Positions 39,691 through 49,808 of a DNA stretch of 64,000 nt are shown here, in pieces; the first letter of the stretch is position 1; the number at the start of each line of letters is the position of its first letter. The notes under the pieces are model-generated. The model did no database searches. It was not told where the DNA came from and saw nothing but the letters and a program-made list of their open reading frames with translations. The position numbers and the translations under genes were made by a program. The stretch comes from an uncultured Gammaproteobacteria bacterium (GTDB lineage: Bacteria > Patescibacteriota > Microgenomatia > JALYQM01), in NCBI GenBank assembly GCA_964535655.1, contig CAZHTP010000004.1, forward strand, positions 139,108-203,107, read 5' to 3'.

Positions 39691-39916
39691 CAACGATTTG
39701 AGACCGTTTCAAAACGGTCACCTAGGTATCAAATAAAAGGCGAAAAATTTCTCACTAGAGTAGAACTTTCTTGCAATGATGTTTTTCCATTTAAATATTT
39801 AAATTTACCCTTACAGTCAGTAAGTGGTCGTGCTTTTCTCCTAAGGAAATACCCATTTAACCAGAGGTCATCGTGCTCAAATGATTTAAATCCTCGTAGT
39901 ATTGTATACTTTTGCT

Positions 39917-41086
39917 ATGAAAAATAAAATTTGGGGGCACAAATTCATTTTTATTTTACTATTGATTATCTTTGTATCTGCTGTTTTTGTTCGACTGTTT
40001 CACTTTTCTTCAACATGGTTTTTTGGCTATGAGCAAGGTCGAGATGCGCTGGTGGCTCAGAGTATTTTACTTGGACGGGACCTTAAACTAGTAGGACCCA
40101 AGACGGATATAGATAATATTTATCACGGGGGAGGATTTTACTACGTATTGGCGCTTATGTATGCTTTGGCTGTGGGGAATCCATTGTATGTCGGTGTGCT
40201 TGCAATTATTCTTCAATCGAGTGTTGTATTTATAATTTATTACGCGGCATTTATTTTGACTGGTAGTAAAAAGCTTTCATTTATTGCACCACTGCTTTAC
40301 GCCTTTTCAACAGGGGCATTATTGTCGGCGCGGTGGTTATCTAATGCAACACTTGACTTACCCTTGATTGCTTTATTTTTCCTTATTGTAATTATATTAG
40401 TACAAACGAAAGACTCTCGTTATTGGGTACCGGTGGGAATACTAACTGGGCTACTCTATCATTTTCAGATTCTGCATTTGCTGTATGCCGGGTGGCTATT
40501 AATTTTGTTGCTTATCGCATTTAGAGTTCCTTTTCGTTCGCGCTATTTTGTCTTTGCTATTGTGTGTGGAATGACTATTGTTTCCACTTTTCTTATTTTT
40601 GAAAGTAAATTCCATTTTGTACAAACACAGGCTATACTTGGGCATATTCATGAAATGAAGGCACAGACTAATATTTTTTCTCGCATCGGTATTTTTGCGC
40701 ATGAGTGGCTGTATGAGGTGCAATATACGTTGTTACCTCAATTTGGAGTGGTAATGTTTGTACTAATCGTGGGGTTGTTGGGTGTGGTAATAGTAAAGGC
40801 ACGCAAGATAGATAGCAATTTATGGTTACTGTTGCTCTTTTCTTTGTGGGCTTTCCCAGCTTTCTTTTTGTATTCCAAAGACGGGCTGCATCAAATTTAT
40901 ATTGGAACATCAATTGGAGTTATTTTGTTGTGTACGTATTTGATTGCGCAATTAGAAAAGAGTTTGCGAGTGGGGGTATGGATAATCCCTATACTCCTTA
41001 TTAGTTGTAACGTAGCTTATTTGTATCGGTTTTTTAGCGAGAATAGTACTGTTTATTATAATTCTTTTGAGCCACATTTAGAATAG
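39917..41086 (+). CDS. GT-C (ArnT/PMT-like) glycosyltransferase, possibly C-terminally truncated
   Basis: FGYEQGRD, LVGP, HGGGFYY, ARWLSN, about 11 TM helices. Confidence 0.8.
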   Translation: MKNKIWGHKFIFILLLIIFVSAVFVRLFHFSSTWFFGYEQGRDALVAQSILLGRDLKLVGPKTDIDNIYHGGGFYYVLALMYALAVGNPLYVGVLAIILQSSVVFIIYYAAFILTGSKKLSFIAPLLYAFSTGALLSARWLSNATLDLPLIALFFLIVIILVQTKDSRYWVPVGILTGLLYHFQILHLLYAGWLLILLLIAFRVPFRSRYFVFAIVCGMTIVSTFLIFESKFHFVQTQAILGHIHEMKAQTNIFSRIGIFAHEWLYEVQYTLLPQFGVVMFVLIVGLLGVVIVKARKIDSNLWLLLLFSLWAFPAFFLYSKDGLHQIYIGTSIGVILLCTYLIAQLEKSLRVGVWIIPILLISCNVAYLYRFFSENSTVYYNSFEPHLE

Positions 41087-41160
41087 GCCAGTATATATTG
41101 GAAGAGCGAAAGAAAATAGCAAATTAAAACTTGTTGGGTGTTGCCGGCTTTGTGTACCAT

Positions 41161-42248
41161 ATGTCTATGGAGCAACAATCTGAAGGTAGCCGGTTATTTA
41201 AGTCTCGAATTGAATCTACAAATAGTAAGGTACAGGTGGATATAGACTCTGCTGTGTCGGATCGGGCTAAAGAGCTGGGAATAACTGAAGAGTCAATTGA
41301 ACAATCTACTCAGTTTGCGATCAAAACAGTATGTGAATTATTTGGGGTGCTTGAAGAGGATTTACAATTTAAAGGCGTTGAAGTAATTGACTTTAATGCT
41401 CCTAAAAGTAGACTTGAAAAGTTGAAGCATACAATAGGAATCAAAAATAAGTATGTTGATCATAAAGGAATGGCTTATCACATGCGTACTCAGAAGATTG
41501 GGATAAACCTTCCCGAGATAGATCCAAAAAACGATCCTAATGGGGATGAAGGACAAGACTTAGAAAGTTATATTCGGCGCGGGCTTACCCACGAGTTTGG
41601 CCATATTGCATCTAAAGTTTTTGTTCGGGGCGGTAATAAAATTGATACTATTCAAGTTGAAGAGCTTTCGGCGAGGGTTTATCTTAAAGAATTGCCAGCG
41701 CTTGCAGCTGAGCATTTGGTTGCAAACACTTTTTTAAAGACCGGGGAAAAAACTATTGAGAAAATTCTAGAAGACCCGGTTAATCGTATAACCTATTGCA
41801 AGGGCGGGAATACCGCACCATTGATGCCGCATTTACAGATATTTATGGTAAGAGCCAAAGTATAGTTGTAGAAGAGTTCATGCGTGAACATTTGGATGAG
41901 TCTGATTTAGATCAGGTAAAATGGTTAGTTCAAGAAGAGAAAAATTGGGACCAATCGAAAAATACCTGGAGAAGGCCTTCAAATGGTATCCGCACACTTG
42001 CTCCTAGGTTTATTGCTATTAGTTCGTTTGATCACCCAGAAGATCCTGAGTGGGTACGAATTTTAAAGCAAGAACATCCGTATTTATCTTTTAATGCTGT
42101 TAGGTGGAACAACGATAGATATGGAGTTGTTTTAGCTTCAGATGTACAGAAAATATTTGTAGGTAAAATGAATAAGGATGAACAGCAAGCGCAGGGAAAT
42201 CCTCAAGAAATTAACTCAATCGATCAGATACCAATAGCCTTAAACTAG
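41161..42248 (+). pseudogene. HEXXH zinc-metalloprotease-like gene split by a 1-nt frameshift near 41790
   Basis: THEFGH followed by a downstream Glu (ELPALAAE); reading continues in the overlapping ORF 41796-42248. Confidence 0.55.
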
Positions 42249-42254
42249 TTATTA

Positions 42255-42497
42255 CTAATAACTATTCTGCATTGGAGCTTGAGTTCCTTTACCTGTTTTG
42301 CCAGATTTGGTGGCTTCGCGTGCAGTTACTGCATCGTCTGAAATATCTATTTGACCAGACATTGGAGTATCAATTTGATTTACGGGTGCTGGTGAATGTG
42401 TAAAGAGTGGGGTAGTGATTTTAGCTTCGTTGCTGCAACCCGCCAAGAATAAAAGAGACGCTCCAATAGCAGCTACGGTGATGATGTTCTTTTTCAT
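42255..42497 (-). CDS. Small lipoprotein
   Basis: MKK...LFLAG|C lipobox. Confidence 0.75.
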   Translation of the reverse strand: MKKNIITVAAIGASLLFLAGCSNEAKITTPLFTHSPAPVNQIDTPMSGQIDISDDAVTAREATKSGKTGKGTQAPMQNSY

Positions 42498-42566
42498 AGA
42501 TTTCCTTTTTGTATGCAACTTGTACTAATTACTGTAGTGGTATTTGCCATTGTGGTCAAGAGGATT

Positions 42567-44324
42567 TTATTTTACCGTCACGGATTTTGCGAGATTACGT
42601 GGTCGATCAGGATTGTTGCCCCGAAAGACTGCTAAGTAATAGGCGATAAGCTGAATAACGGGTGTGTTAAGAATTGGAGATGTTTCAGGAATATCTGGTG
42701 TTTGAATAAACTCATCGAAGACTTCATTATATTGTGGGCCGATGCCAATGATATGTCCGCCACGGGCTTTAATTTCCATAGCACTTCCCAGTGCATATGC
42801 TTTATCTTCATCGTTAGCAAAAACTACAATGCAGGGCGATCCTTTTTCTATTAACGCTATAACTCCGTGTTTTAATTCACCTGCTGCGAATCCTTCGGCA
42901 TGGATATAACTGGCTTCTTTAATCTTTAATGCTGATTCAAGCGCGATTGGATAGTTTTGTCCTTTACCGATGCAATAAATATGCTGGGTGTTTTTTAATT
43001 TAGAGGCAATCTGTTTAATATTTGCCAATACTGTTGGGTTGAGCATTTTATTGAGTTCTTCGGACGTTTTTTCCAGTAATTCTTTGCCTTCTTCATACTT
43101 TCCGGCAGATGCATAGGCGAGTAAAAAGAGAACGGACATCTGAGATATGAAGGCTTTGGTTGACACAACAGCTATTTCGGGACCGGCATGGGAAAGAAAA
43201 GAAATATCTACATTGCGCATTAAGGTTGATCCCATTACATTAACGATTGCTGCGGTTTTGGCATTTTTACTTTGGGCTTCTTCAATTGCCATAAGGGTAT
43301 CTGCCGTTTCGCCGCTTTGGGATACGGCAATGATTAAGCTTTTATCGGTAATAAACTTTTGGCAGATTTCAAATTCTGATCCAACTGAATGATTTAAATG
43401 GCGATTAGCGATCCGAGCAAAAGCGTATGTTCCGTACAGTGCTGCATAGCTGGCGGTTCCACAGGCGACGATATATGTGCCGTAAGCCTTTTTTATACTA
43501 TTGGCAAATTCGATAATATCTTTTTTATTCTGTGATGACGCTGCATAGACTGTTTTAGCCTGTTCCATTATTTCTTTGAGCATGAAATGATCGTATTCAC
43601 CTTTTTGTGCCTGATCGATGCTCCAGTTGATGGTTTGCACTTTGGGCTTAAATGTTTTGTTTTTTTCTATGTCAAAACAGGTGTAACCAGTTTCTGTTAA
43701 TACGACGCCTTGATTGTCTTCAAGAAAAACGACATCTTGCGTGTAGGGGAGGAAAGCTGAAATATCTGAAGAAATGTAATATTCTTGTTCGCCGATGCCT
43801 ATTAGCATTGGGGAGCCATTCCTGATTCCAATAATTTTTCGTTCAAATTTATGCAAAATTACAAACCCATTGCGTCCTTTAATTTCTTTAAATGCGTTTT
43901 TGACAGCTTCTTCAAATCCTTCGGCACTATATTCTTCTACCAGATGGGCAAAAACTTCAGTGTCGGTTTGGGATTTAAATTTATGTCCTAGTTCCTGCAG
44001 CCGATCGCGGAGTTCTTGGTAGTTTTCAATTATTCCGTTGTGTACAACCGCAATAGTGTTGGTGCAATCTACGTGCGGATGCGCGTTTTCTTCAGTAACA
44101 CCGCCGTGGGTTGCCCAACGGTTATGGCCAATTGCGATTGTTGCTTTGCCAAACTCTGGAGGATTCACTATTTTCCCAACTGCTTTGTGCGTTTTTAGTA
44201 GTGAGTTGGAAAGATAGGCAATTCCCCAGGAATCATAACCGCGATACTCCAGATGTTTTAGTCCTTCAAGTACTGTACCTGCTGCTGTATCTTTTTTCCC
44301 TACGTAGCTAAATATTCCGCACAT
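42567..44324 (-). CDS. glmS: Glutamine--fructose-6-phosphate aminotransferase
   Basis: MCGI, LEYRGYDS, HNRWATHG, SQSGETADT, GELKHG, PRNLAKSVTV. Confidence 0.98.
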   Translation of the reverse strand: MCGIFSYVGKKDTAAGTVLEGLKHLEYRGYDSWGIAYLSNSLLKTHKAVGKIVNPPEFGKATIAIGHNRWATHGGVTEENAHPHVDCTNTIAVVHNGIIENYQELRDRLQELGHKFKSQTDTEVFAHLVEEYSAEGFEEAVKNAFKEIKGRNGFVILHKFERKIIGIRNGSPMLIGIGEQEYYISSDISAFLPYTQDVVFLEDNQGVVLTETGYTCFDIEKNKTFKPKVQTINWSIDQAQKGEYDHFMLKEIMEQAKTVYAASSQNKKDIIEFANSIKKAYGTYIVACGTASYAALYGTYAFARIANRHLNHSVGSEFEICQKFITDKSLIIAVSQSGETADTLMAIEEAQSKNAKTAAIVNVMGSTLMRNVDISFLSHAGPEIAVVSTKAFISQMSVLFLLAYASAGKYEEGKELLEKTSEELNKMLNPTVLANIKQIASKLKNTQHIYCIGKGQNYPIALESALKIKEASYIHAEGFAAGELKHGVIALIEKGSPCIVVFANDEDKAYALGSAMEIKARGGHIIGIGPQYNEVFDEFIQTPDIPETSPILNTPVIQLIAYYLAVFRGNNPDRPRNLAKSVTVK

Positions 44325-44390
44325 GTGGTTAGTATAGAAGATTGAAGAGAATTTAGGAAGACATGTGAAGGGCAGTTCTTATTAAAGTTT

Positions 44391-45077
44391 TTACTGAATT
44401 GGTTTATCTTCGCTGTAGATGGTCATAATTAAATGGAAAATATCTGGTTGATCAGTAGGGAGATATAACACAAATCCGTTGCCAACTATATCGTTACTTC
44501 GATTATTGCTTGTGGCGACTGTTCCACCTTTTTTTCTTGTATCGCTGCCGTTGGAATAAATACTCCAGCCTGGAAAATTGACGAACATTGCTGTTCCAAT
44601 AGTTTCTGCTTTAAGCTGCTCGCCTTTAAAAGTGAAACTTGCTGCATATACATAGGTGGTTCTTGCTGCAAATTTACTACTTCGTTTCATATCATAGTAT
44701 TGGTATGTTTGAACTTCATTAAGTGTAATATCTTGAGATGCTGATTTACCCAAGGGGAGGCGGGCAAGTATGGGCCAATCTTTGGGATAGGCAATAGTGG
44801 CATTGGGAACAGCTATATCTTTAAGCATTTCGACGTTTATTGCATTACGATACTCTGGGGAACTGACTAGTTCAGTTAATGAGTTAGGGTTGGAAATCTG
44901 TGGAGTAGTTTTTTGCGTAGTAACTTGGTGAATACGAGAATACCGTGGAATGGCTGTTGCTAAAGGATCATTCGTAGTTTTATTTCCAGAGCGAGAACTA
45001 TTCATGATGAAAAGGATAAGAATTACTGGTATGACTAAGCAAACTGCGATTATGCGAGGAGTATTGGGTTGATTCAT
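44391..45077 (-). CDS. Hypothetical single-TM exported protein
   Basis: N-terminal TM; 228-aa ORF. Confidence 0.65.
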   Translation of the reverse strand: MNQPNTPRIIAVCLVIPVILILFIMNSSRSGNKTTNDPLATAIPRYSRIHQVTTQKTTPQISNPNSLTELVSSPEYRNAINVEMLKDIAVPNATIAYPKDWPILARLPLGKSASQDITLNEVQTYQYYDMKRSSKFAARTTYVYAASFTFKGEQLKAETIGTAMFVNFPGWSIYSNGSDTRKKGGTVATSNNRSNDIVGNGFVLYLPTDQPDIFHLIMTIYSEDKPIQ

Positions 45078-45133
45078 ACTGCTATTTAATTAATTCAGTA
45101 TGATACTTTGTATAAATAATTTCAATTACTTTG

Positions 45134-45206
45134 TGGAGCTACTAGGACTCGAACCTAGGACCAACGAGGTATAAGCTCGTCGCTCTACCAACTGAGCTAT
45201 AGCTCC
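45134..45206 (-). tRNA. tRNA-Ile(TAT/UAU)
   Basis: GGAGCTA/TAGCTCC acceptor, A73, anticodon arm ACGAG-CTTATAC-CTCGT, T-loop TTCGAGT. Confidence 0.9.
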
Positions 45207-45264
45207 GACTTAAGGAAATCCTGTTTCGGGATGACCGTCTGTGTTTAAATAACACATCCAGTCA

Positions 45265-45293
45265 ATTATACTTTTGCTTGGGCTAAACGGCAA
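45265..45293 (-). promoter_or_regulatory. Sigma70-type promoter of tRNA-Ile(UAU)
   Basis: TTGCCG - 17 nt - TATAAT on minus strand. Confidence 0.65.
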
Positions 45294-45376
45294 GAAGTGG
45301 GTTTTGTACTTATAATCGCTATGATTGTGATGTAAGTACTTGACTGCTATCTGGAATATTTTGATACACTTTATAT

Positions 45377-46882
45377 ATGACTAAGCCAGTAAAAGAACTA
45401 TTTGTTGTTTCACTCGTGACGCTATTGGGGTTGAGTGTTTTCGGGGTAGTGGGATCTAAGACTTTAAATGTGGCTTTTCTTCAAACATATCCTCGGGTAG
45501 AAGCCGCTTGCGATACCAGTTTTTTTACTGTAAATGCGCCCAAAGGATGCATTACGGCTAATGCGGTAATGTACAGTGATGACTCGAGGTTTGTATTCTT
45601 TAACCCTGCTCCCCCATACGTTAATTTGCCGTATATACAATTAGGAAATGTCGGCGTAAAAGATGCGCCAAACTTTGATTGGGGACTTGCTTTACAGAAG
45701 TCGGCAACGGTATATATCTTTACACGGCATATTCCAGGGATTGGAGTTCCTTCATGGATTTCTCAAACGTATACGCGTAAGACAACAGATGATCTCTCTA
45801 CTATTAATCAATATTTATTACGAAAAAATGATCAAGGCTTGATAGGTTTATACGATATTTGGTCAAAGAATTATGTGGCAGGAACTAATGTTCAGTTCCA
45901 TGCGGCAGGAGATGCACAGAATCCAGCGTATTCGATGTACCTTGTGGCTTTGGCTGGGATTGGTTCTTCTGTGAGCTCAACTCCTTCTCCAACTTCGACA
46001 CCATTGCCTCCTTCAACGCCGATAGCCGGGGGTAGTTGTTCTGGCGCGTCTGTTTCGCCTGGACAATCTTTGAGCGCAGCAATTAGTAGCTTAGGCTCAG
46101 GGCAAACTCTGTGTGTCCATGGGGGAGTTTATGGAAAACTCAGTGTTACGATTCCCTCGGGGGCAACGGTTAAAGCGTATCCTGGAGAAAAGCCTTGGGT
46201 AGAAGGTATCTCTTCTATTACTGGATCTAGTGGATCGATATTGGATGGAATTAACTTTAGATGGGGAAGCGATTCTAATGGTCCACATATGGTAAGTATG
46301 AAAGGGAGCGGATGGACATATATTAATGGCGAAGTAGGTCCATCCCATGGATATGCAAATATGTTGATATCTGGTGGTGCGTCTAATTGGCGAATAGCAA
46401 ACTGTTATATGCATGATAATACTGATGGTGGGCACACCGCAGTTCAGGATCATTTAATTTATGCGAGCGAAACAAGTAATGGCATTATTGAACGATGTAT
46501 ATTTGCCAATAGCCCGCGTGGTCGGGGCGTAAAAATGGGACCGCCAAGTGGTTCGGGTGGACCTAAAAATATTACTGTTCGTTATAATACGTTCTTTAAT
46601 AACCTCGGTCCATCCAATATGCAAGTGTCTGGGGATACGTCTGGTGTTAAAATGTACCGAAATATCCTGGTTAAATCTGGTGCTTCGACTAACATTACTG
46701 ATGCAACAAATGGAGGATCGAGTAATAGTGCGTATGAGAATGTAGGTGATGGTTCAGGAGGGGTTGCTGCTTCTTCTTTGAACAATGGTGGAGGGCCAAA
46801 TATTAAACTGGATCCACAACTTGGATCAGATTTCCGTCCAGGTAATCCAGCTGCAGCTGCGTACGGAAGATATGCTCCGTAA
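45377..46882 (+). CDS. Membrane-anchored protein: shared N-terminal module + S/P/T linker + right-handed parallel beta-helix domain
   Basis: TM; module 45503-45952; G.TL.V.GG.Y, TVKAYPGE.P, DHLIY, I..NTF.NN repeats typical of pectin-lyase-like beta helices. Confidence 0.78.
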   Translation: MTKPVKELFVVSLVTLLGLSVFGVVGSKTLNVAFLQTYPRVEAACDTSFFTVNAPKGCITANAVMYSDDSRFVFFNPAPPYVNLPYIQLGNVGVKDAPNFDWGLALQKSATVYIFTRHIPGIGVPSWISQTYTRKTTDDLSTINQYLLRKNDQGLIGLYDIWSKNYVAGTNVQFHAAGDAQNPAYSMYLVALAGIGSSVSSTPSPTSTPLPPSTPIAGGSCSGASVSPGQSLSAAISSLGSGQTLCVHGGVYGKLSVTIPSGATVKAYPGEKPWVEGISSITGSSGSILDGINFRWGSDSNGPHMVSMKGSGWTYINGEVGPSHGYANMLISGGASNWRIANCYMHDNTDGGHTAVQDHLIYASETSNGIIERCIFANSPRGRGVKMGPPSGSGGPKNITVRYNTFFNNLGPSNMQVSGDTSGVKMYRNILVKSGASTNITDATNGGSSNSAYENVGDGSGGVAASSLNNGGGPNIKLDPQLGSDFRPGNPAAAAYGRYAP

Positions 46883-46893
46883 TGTGTTCAGTA

Positions 46894-46924
46894 GACTGCA
46901 GTCCCGCGTTGCGGGACTGCAGTC
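46894..46924. terminator. Perfect 14-bp hairpin between convergent genes
   Basis: GACTGCAGTCCCGC-gtt-GCGGGACTGCAGTC; no U-tract. Confidence 0.55.
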
Positions 46925-46988
46925 GGTCGAACTTTTATAGGTTCGATCTCCTTTGCCCTAAAGGACAGCTTCGGATTATTGATAAGAC

Positions 46989-49334
46989 TTATAAATTGGA
47001 CCTTCGCTGCATATCCACTTCGATGGTTTGGCGTTCTTGACCAAACTTAAGACGAGATAATTCCTTAATCATCTCTGCAAGTTCTGGGCTCATCAAGGCT
47101 TTTTCGACAGAAATGTCTTTTGTAGTATCAAGAGAAAACGCTGGTGTTGGTTCACCATTTACTAATGTTTTTACGTAGGCGTTAAAGCGTTCAACATTGA
47201 TTAAATCCTGCTCGTTGAATGTTGGTTGGAATTCATGCTGTAGGTAATTAGCATCGGTTACGCCTACACGGAAAGAAACAATTGTACCAACGTTACCAAA
47301 GATCGCATTTTTAATATTTTCTTCCATTTGGCCAATAAATTGGTTGGCTACCACGAGGTTAAGTTTGAATTTACGAGCTTCGGAAAGAATGTCTGCAAAA
47401 GTAGACGTCGCAAAGTTTTGAAACTCGTCAACATATAGATAAAAGTCTGGAAAGGAAATATTTTTAGCGATGGCATCAGAGCGAGACATAGCCGCCACTA
47501 GAATGCGGGGTACGAGTACGAGTCCTAAAAAGTTAGAGTTTTCTTCACCAATTTCACCCTTGGCTAGATTAACCAGTAATATTTTCTTTTCATCCATGAT
47601 TTTGCGGAAGTCGAAAGCGGATTTATTTTGTCCAATAATGTTACGCATCATTTTGTTGGTTACGAATCGACCGAACTTAGAAACGATATAGTCGAGCACT
47701 TCGGATTTGTGGAAGTCTGACGTTTGGGCGATTTGGTCCGTCCAATAGCGGCGAACCATTGGATCTTCAACGTGTGGCAGAAGTTCCTGCATATATTTAG
47801 AATCGGTAAGTACGCGAACAACTTCAATAAATGTATTCCCCGGAACCGACATAACGGTAAGCATCGCGTTACGAATGGCGTGCTCGAATCGGGGACCGAT
47901 GATACCTGTTTGGTGCGGGTCGTATAGTTTGTACATCAATCCAATAATGGAGTTAACCATGAAATGTTTCTGCTCTTCGGTTTCGGCTTCAAGTAAATTA
48001 AGACCAAGAGGGAAATCCAAATCCGAAGGATTGAAGTAAATGACGTCTTCAGCTCGTTCGGGTGGAATGAGTTGCAAGATATCTGTTATAGCGGTTCCGT
48101 GAGGATCCATAAAACAAAGGCCTTTGCCATCGTTAATATCCTGCATTGCCATCTGTTTTAAAAATTCAGATTTACCCGTGCCGGTTTTACCAATAATATA
48201 CATGTGTCGACGACGATCGTCGTCGCCGATAAAAATTGGACGAGTAGTACCACGAAAGACGCTTTGTCCCAAATACAATCCTTTGGGGGGGATGTTGGCT
48301 GGTGCTGCGGCCCGTTTTGCATTGAGCCAGGTAATGTATGGTGTTTCGATCGCTTTATTTGGGAAGTGATAAATGGATGCTAACTCTTCCGAATTTAAAA
48401 TGCTTGATCGAACAAAGATTGGCGTATACCGATAAATGAAATTGGTAAGAAATACTTTTTTTGACCAGATCTTTTTTGTCTTGAACCCATTATATGCACC
48501 ATTAAACTGTTCAAACCCTGCTCGAATGTTGTTCAAATGTGTTTTTGCCATTTCCTTAGTTTCTGCACAAACAACAATGCGGATAGCTGTTTCAAATCCT
48601 GGCTTTGCAACTTTTTGTTCAACGGCTTCAAGTTGTTTGGCGTCGGCTGGCTTGGGTTTATCTCCAGATGATTCTTGAGAACGCTGACCCTTTACAAAAC
48701 CATACCCTTTTTTTGACCAGGCGCCACCTGCAGGCGAGATAATCATTTGAATTACCGCACCTTCGCCCTCGCGCATTTTAGCCATGGCAGATGTTAATGC
48801 AGAGAGTGGATCGGTAGCTAAATCTTTGTATGTTTTTATGGGTTGATAATTGGCTGATTTGAGTCGTAAGGAGACGAATTGTACTTTCCCAGATTTAGTG
48901 AAGATGTTGTATTCATTTACGATCTTAATTTCGGCGCCTGAATATGCGGCATGAATTTGCTTTTCAACTAAATCCTGAAGATCTTCCGGGACGTTAATAT
49001 AGAATTTGATAGATTCTGGCTGGGCAACAATTTCAAAACTTATTGACGGTTGATGCTTGAGCATGGGAATGAGTGCGGAACGATAAATTCCAGTGAATGA
49101 GCTAAACATTTGTTCGGCAGCATCAATTTTAACTTCGTTGTCGCGCGGAATCGTAATCTGTAACAGTCGTGACTTTAACGATTCTTCTTCCCGCTCTTTA
49201 TATACAGAGAATCGTATGATTAACGCTCCTGCTATGAGAAGTAGTCCACCTACAACTAAAATGGTTAGAATAATTGTAAGGACAATTAAACCTATAAACG
49301 GTAAGGAACTCGATAAATCTGATGTAAGGAACAT
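46989..49334 (-). CDS. VirD4/TraG-like (HerA-FtsK superfamily) membrane ATPase
   Basis: DRRRHMYIIGKTGTGKS, DPHG, LYVDEFQNF, LSEARKF, FGNVGT. Confidence 0.9.
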   Translation of the reverse strand: MFLTSDLSSSLPFIGLIVLTIILTILVVGGLLLIAGALIIRFSVYKEREEESLKSRLLQITIPRDNEVKIDAAEQMFSSFTGIYRSALIPMLKHQPSISFEIVAQPESIKFYINVPEDLQDLVEKQIHAAYSGAEIKIVNEYNIFTKSGKVQFVSLRLKSANYQPIKTYKDLATDPLSALTSAMAKMREGEGAVIQMIISPAGGAWSKKGYGFVKGQRSQESSGDKPKPADAKQLEAVEQKVAKPGFETAIRIVVCAETKEMAKTHLNNIRAGFEQFNGAYNGFKTKKIWSKKVFLTNFIYRYTPIFVRSSILNSEELASIYHFPNKAIETPYITWLNAKRAAAPANIPPKGLYLGQSVFRGTTRPIFIGDDDRRRHMYIIGKTGTGKSEFLKQMAMQDINDGKGLCFMDPHGTAITDILQLIPPERAEDVIYFNPSDLDFPLGLNLLEAETEEQKHFMVNSIIGLMYKLYDPHQTGIIGPRFEHAIRNAMLTVMSVPGNTFIEVVRVLTDSKYMQELLPHVEDPMVRRYWTDQIAQTSDFHKSEVLDYIVSKFGRFVTNKMMRNIIGQNKSAFDFRKIMDEKKILLVNLAKGEIGEENSNFLGLVLVPRILVAAMSRSDAIAKNISFPDFYLYVDEFQNFATSTFADILSEARKFKLNLVVANQFIGQMEENIKNAIFGNVGTIVSFRVGVTDANYLQHEFQPTFNEQDLINVERFNAYVKTLVNGEPTPAFSLDTTKDISVEKALMSPELAEMIKELSRLKFGQERQTIEVDMQRRSNL

Positions 49335-49351
49335 ACTATTACTGTACCAAA

Positions 49352-49759
49352 TTATTGCTTATTTTTAAATTGAATTTCTTTTAGTTGCCTTAAGCACCAT
49401 TCGGCAAGCCAACGAATTGCGATATATACATCCGTTTTCATTTCCTTTTCAATTTCCAACTCTTGGAGTGGTAAGGAGGGCATATTTACCGGTTGGATAT
49501 TCATTTGGGGAGTAGTTACTGGTGTTAGAGGAATCTGTGGTGGTGGAACAAATTTAATGTTTGTAGGTTGCATATGCTGCTGCATTTCTATATTAAGTTC
49601 TGGCTCAACATATTCCTGAATGGGTGAATATTCACTAGGATTGGTTGTGAAGGCTTCCGTTTCTAAGCCAGGACCTTTCATAGGTGGCTGAGTAGTATGA
49701 GGTGGAGCAGTAATGGGCTGGTAATGTTGAACAAAATAATTAACTTTTTTATCTGGCAT
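49352..49759 (-). CDS. Hypothetical Pro/Gln-rich protein
   Basis: Low-complexity N-terminus; C-terminal AIRWLAEWCLRQLK. Confidence 0.65.
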   Translation of the reverse strand: MPDKKVNYFVQHYQPITAPPHTTQPPMKGPGLETEAFTTNPSEYSPIQEYVEPELNIEMQQHMQPTNIKFVPPPQIPLTPVTTPQMNIQPVNMPSLPLQELEIEKEMKTDVYIAIRWLAEWCLRQLKEIQFKNKQ

Positions 49760-49808
49760 ATGCAAGACAATTGTCTCATGTTCTGCCGCTGGTGTCTATT
49801 ATATGGCC

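Noticed and set aside
44325-44390. glmS ribozyme upstream of glmS
   Set aside because: The gap is only ~65 nt, has no conserved ribozyme core, and has a -10 box 6 nt before the ATG.
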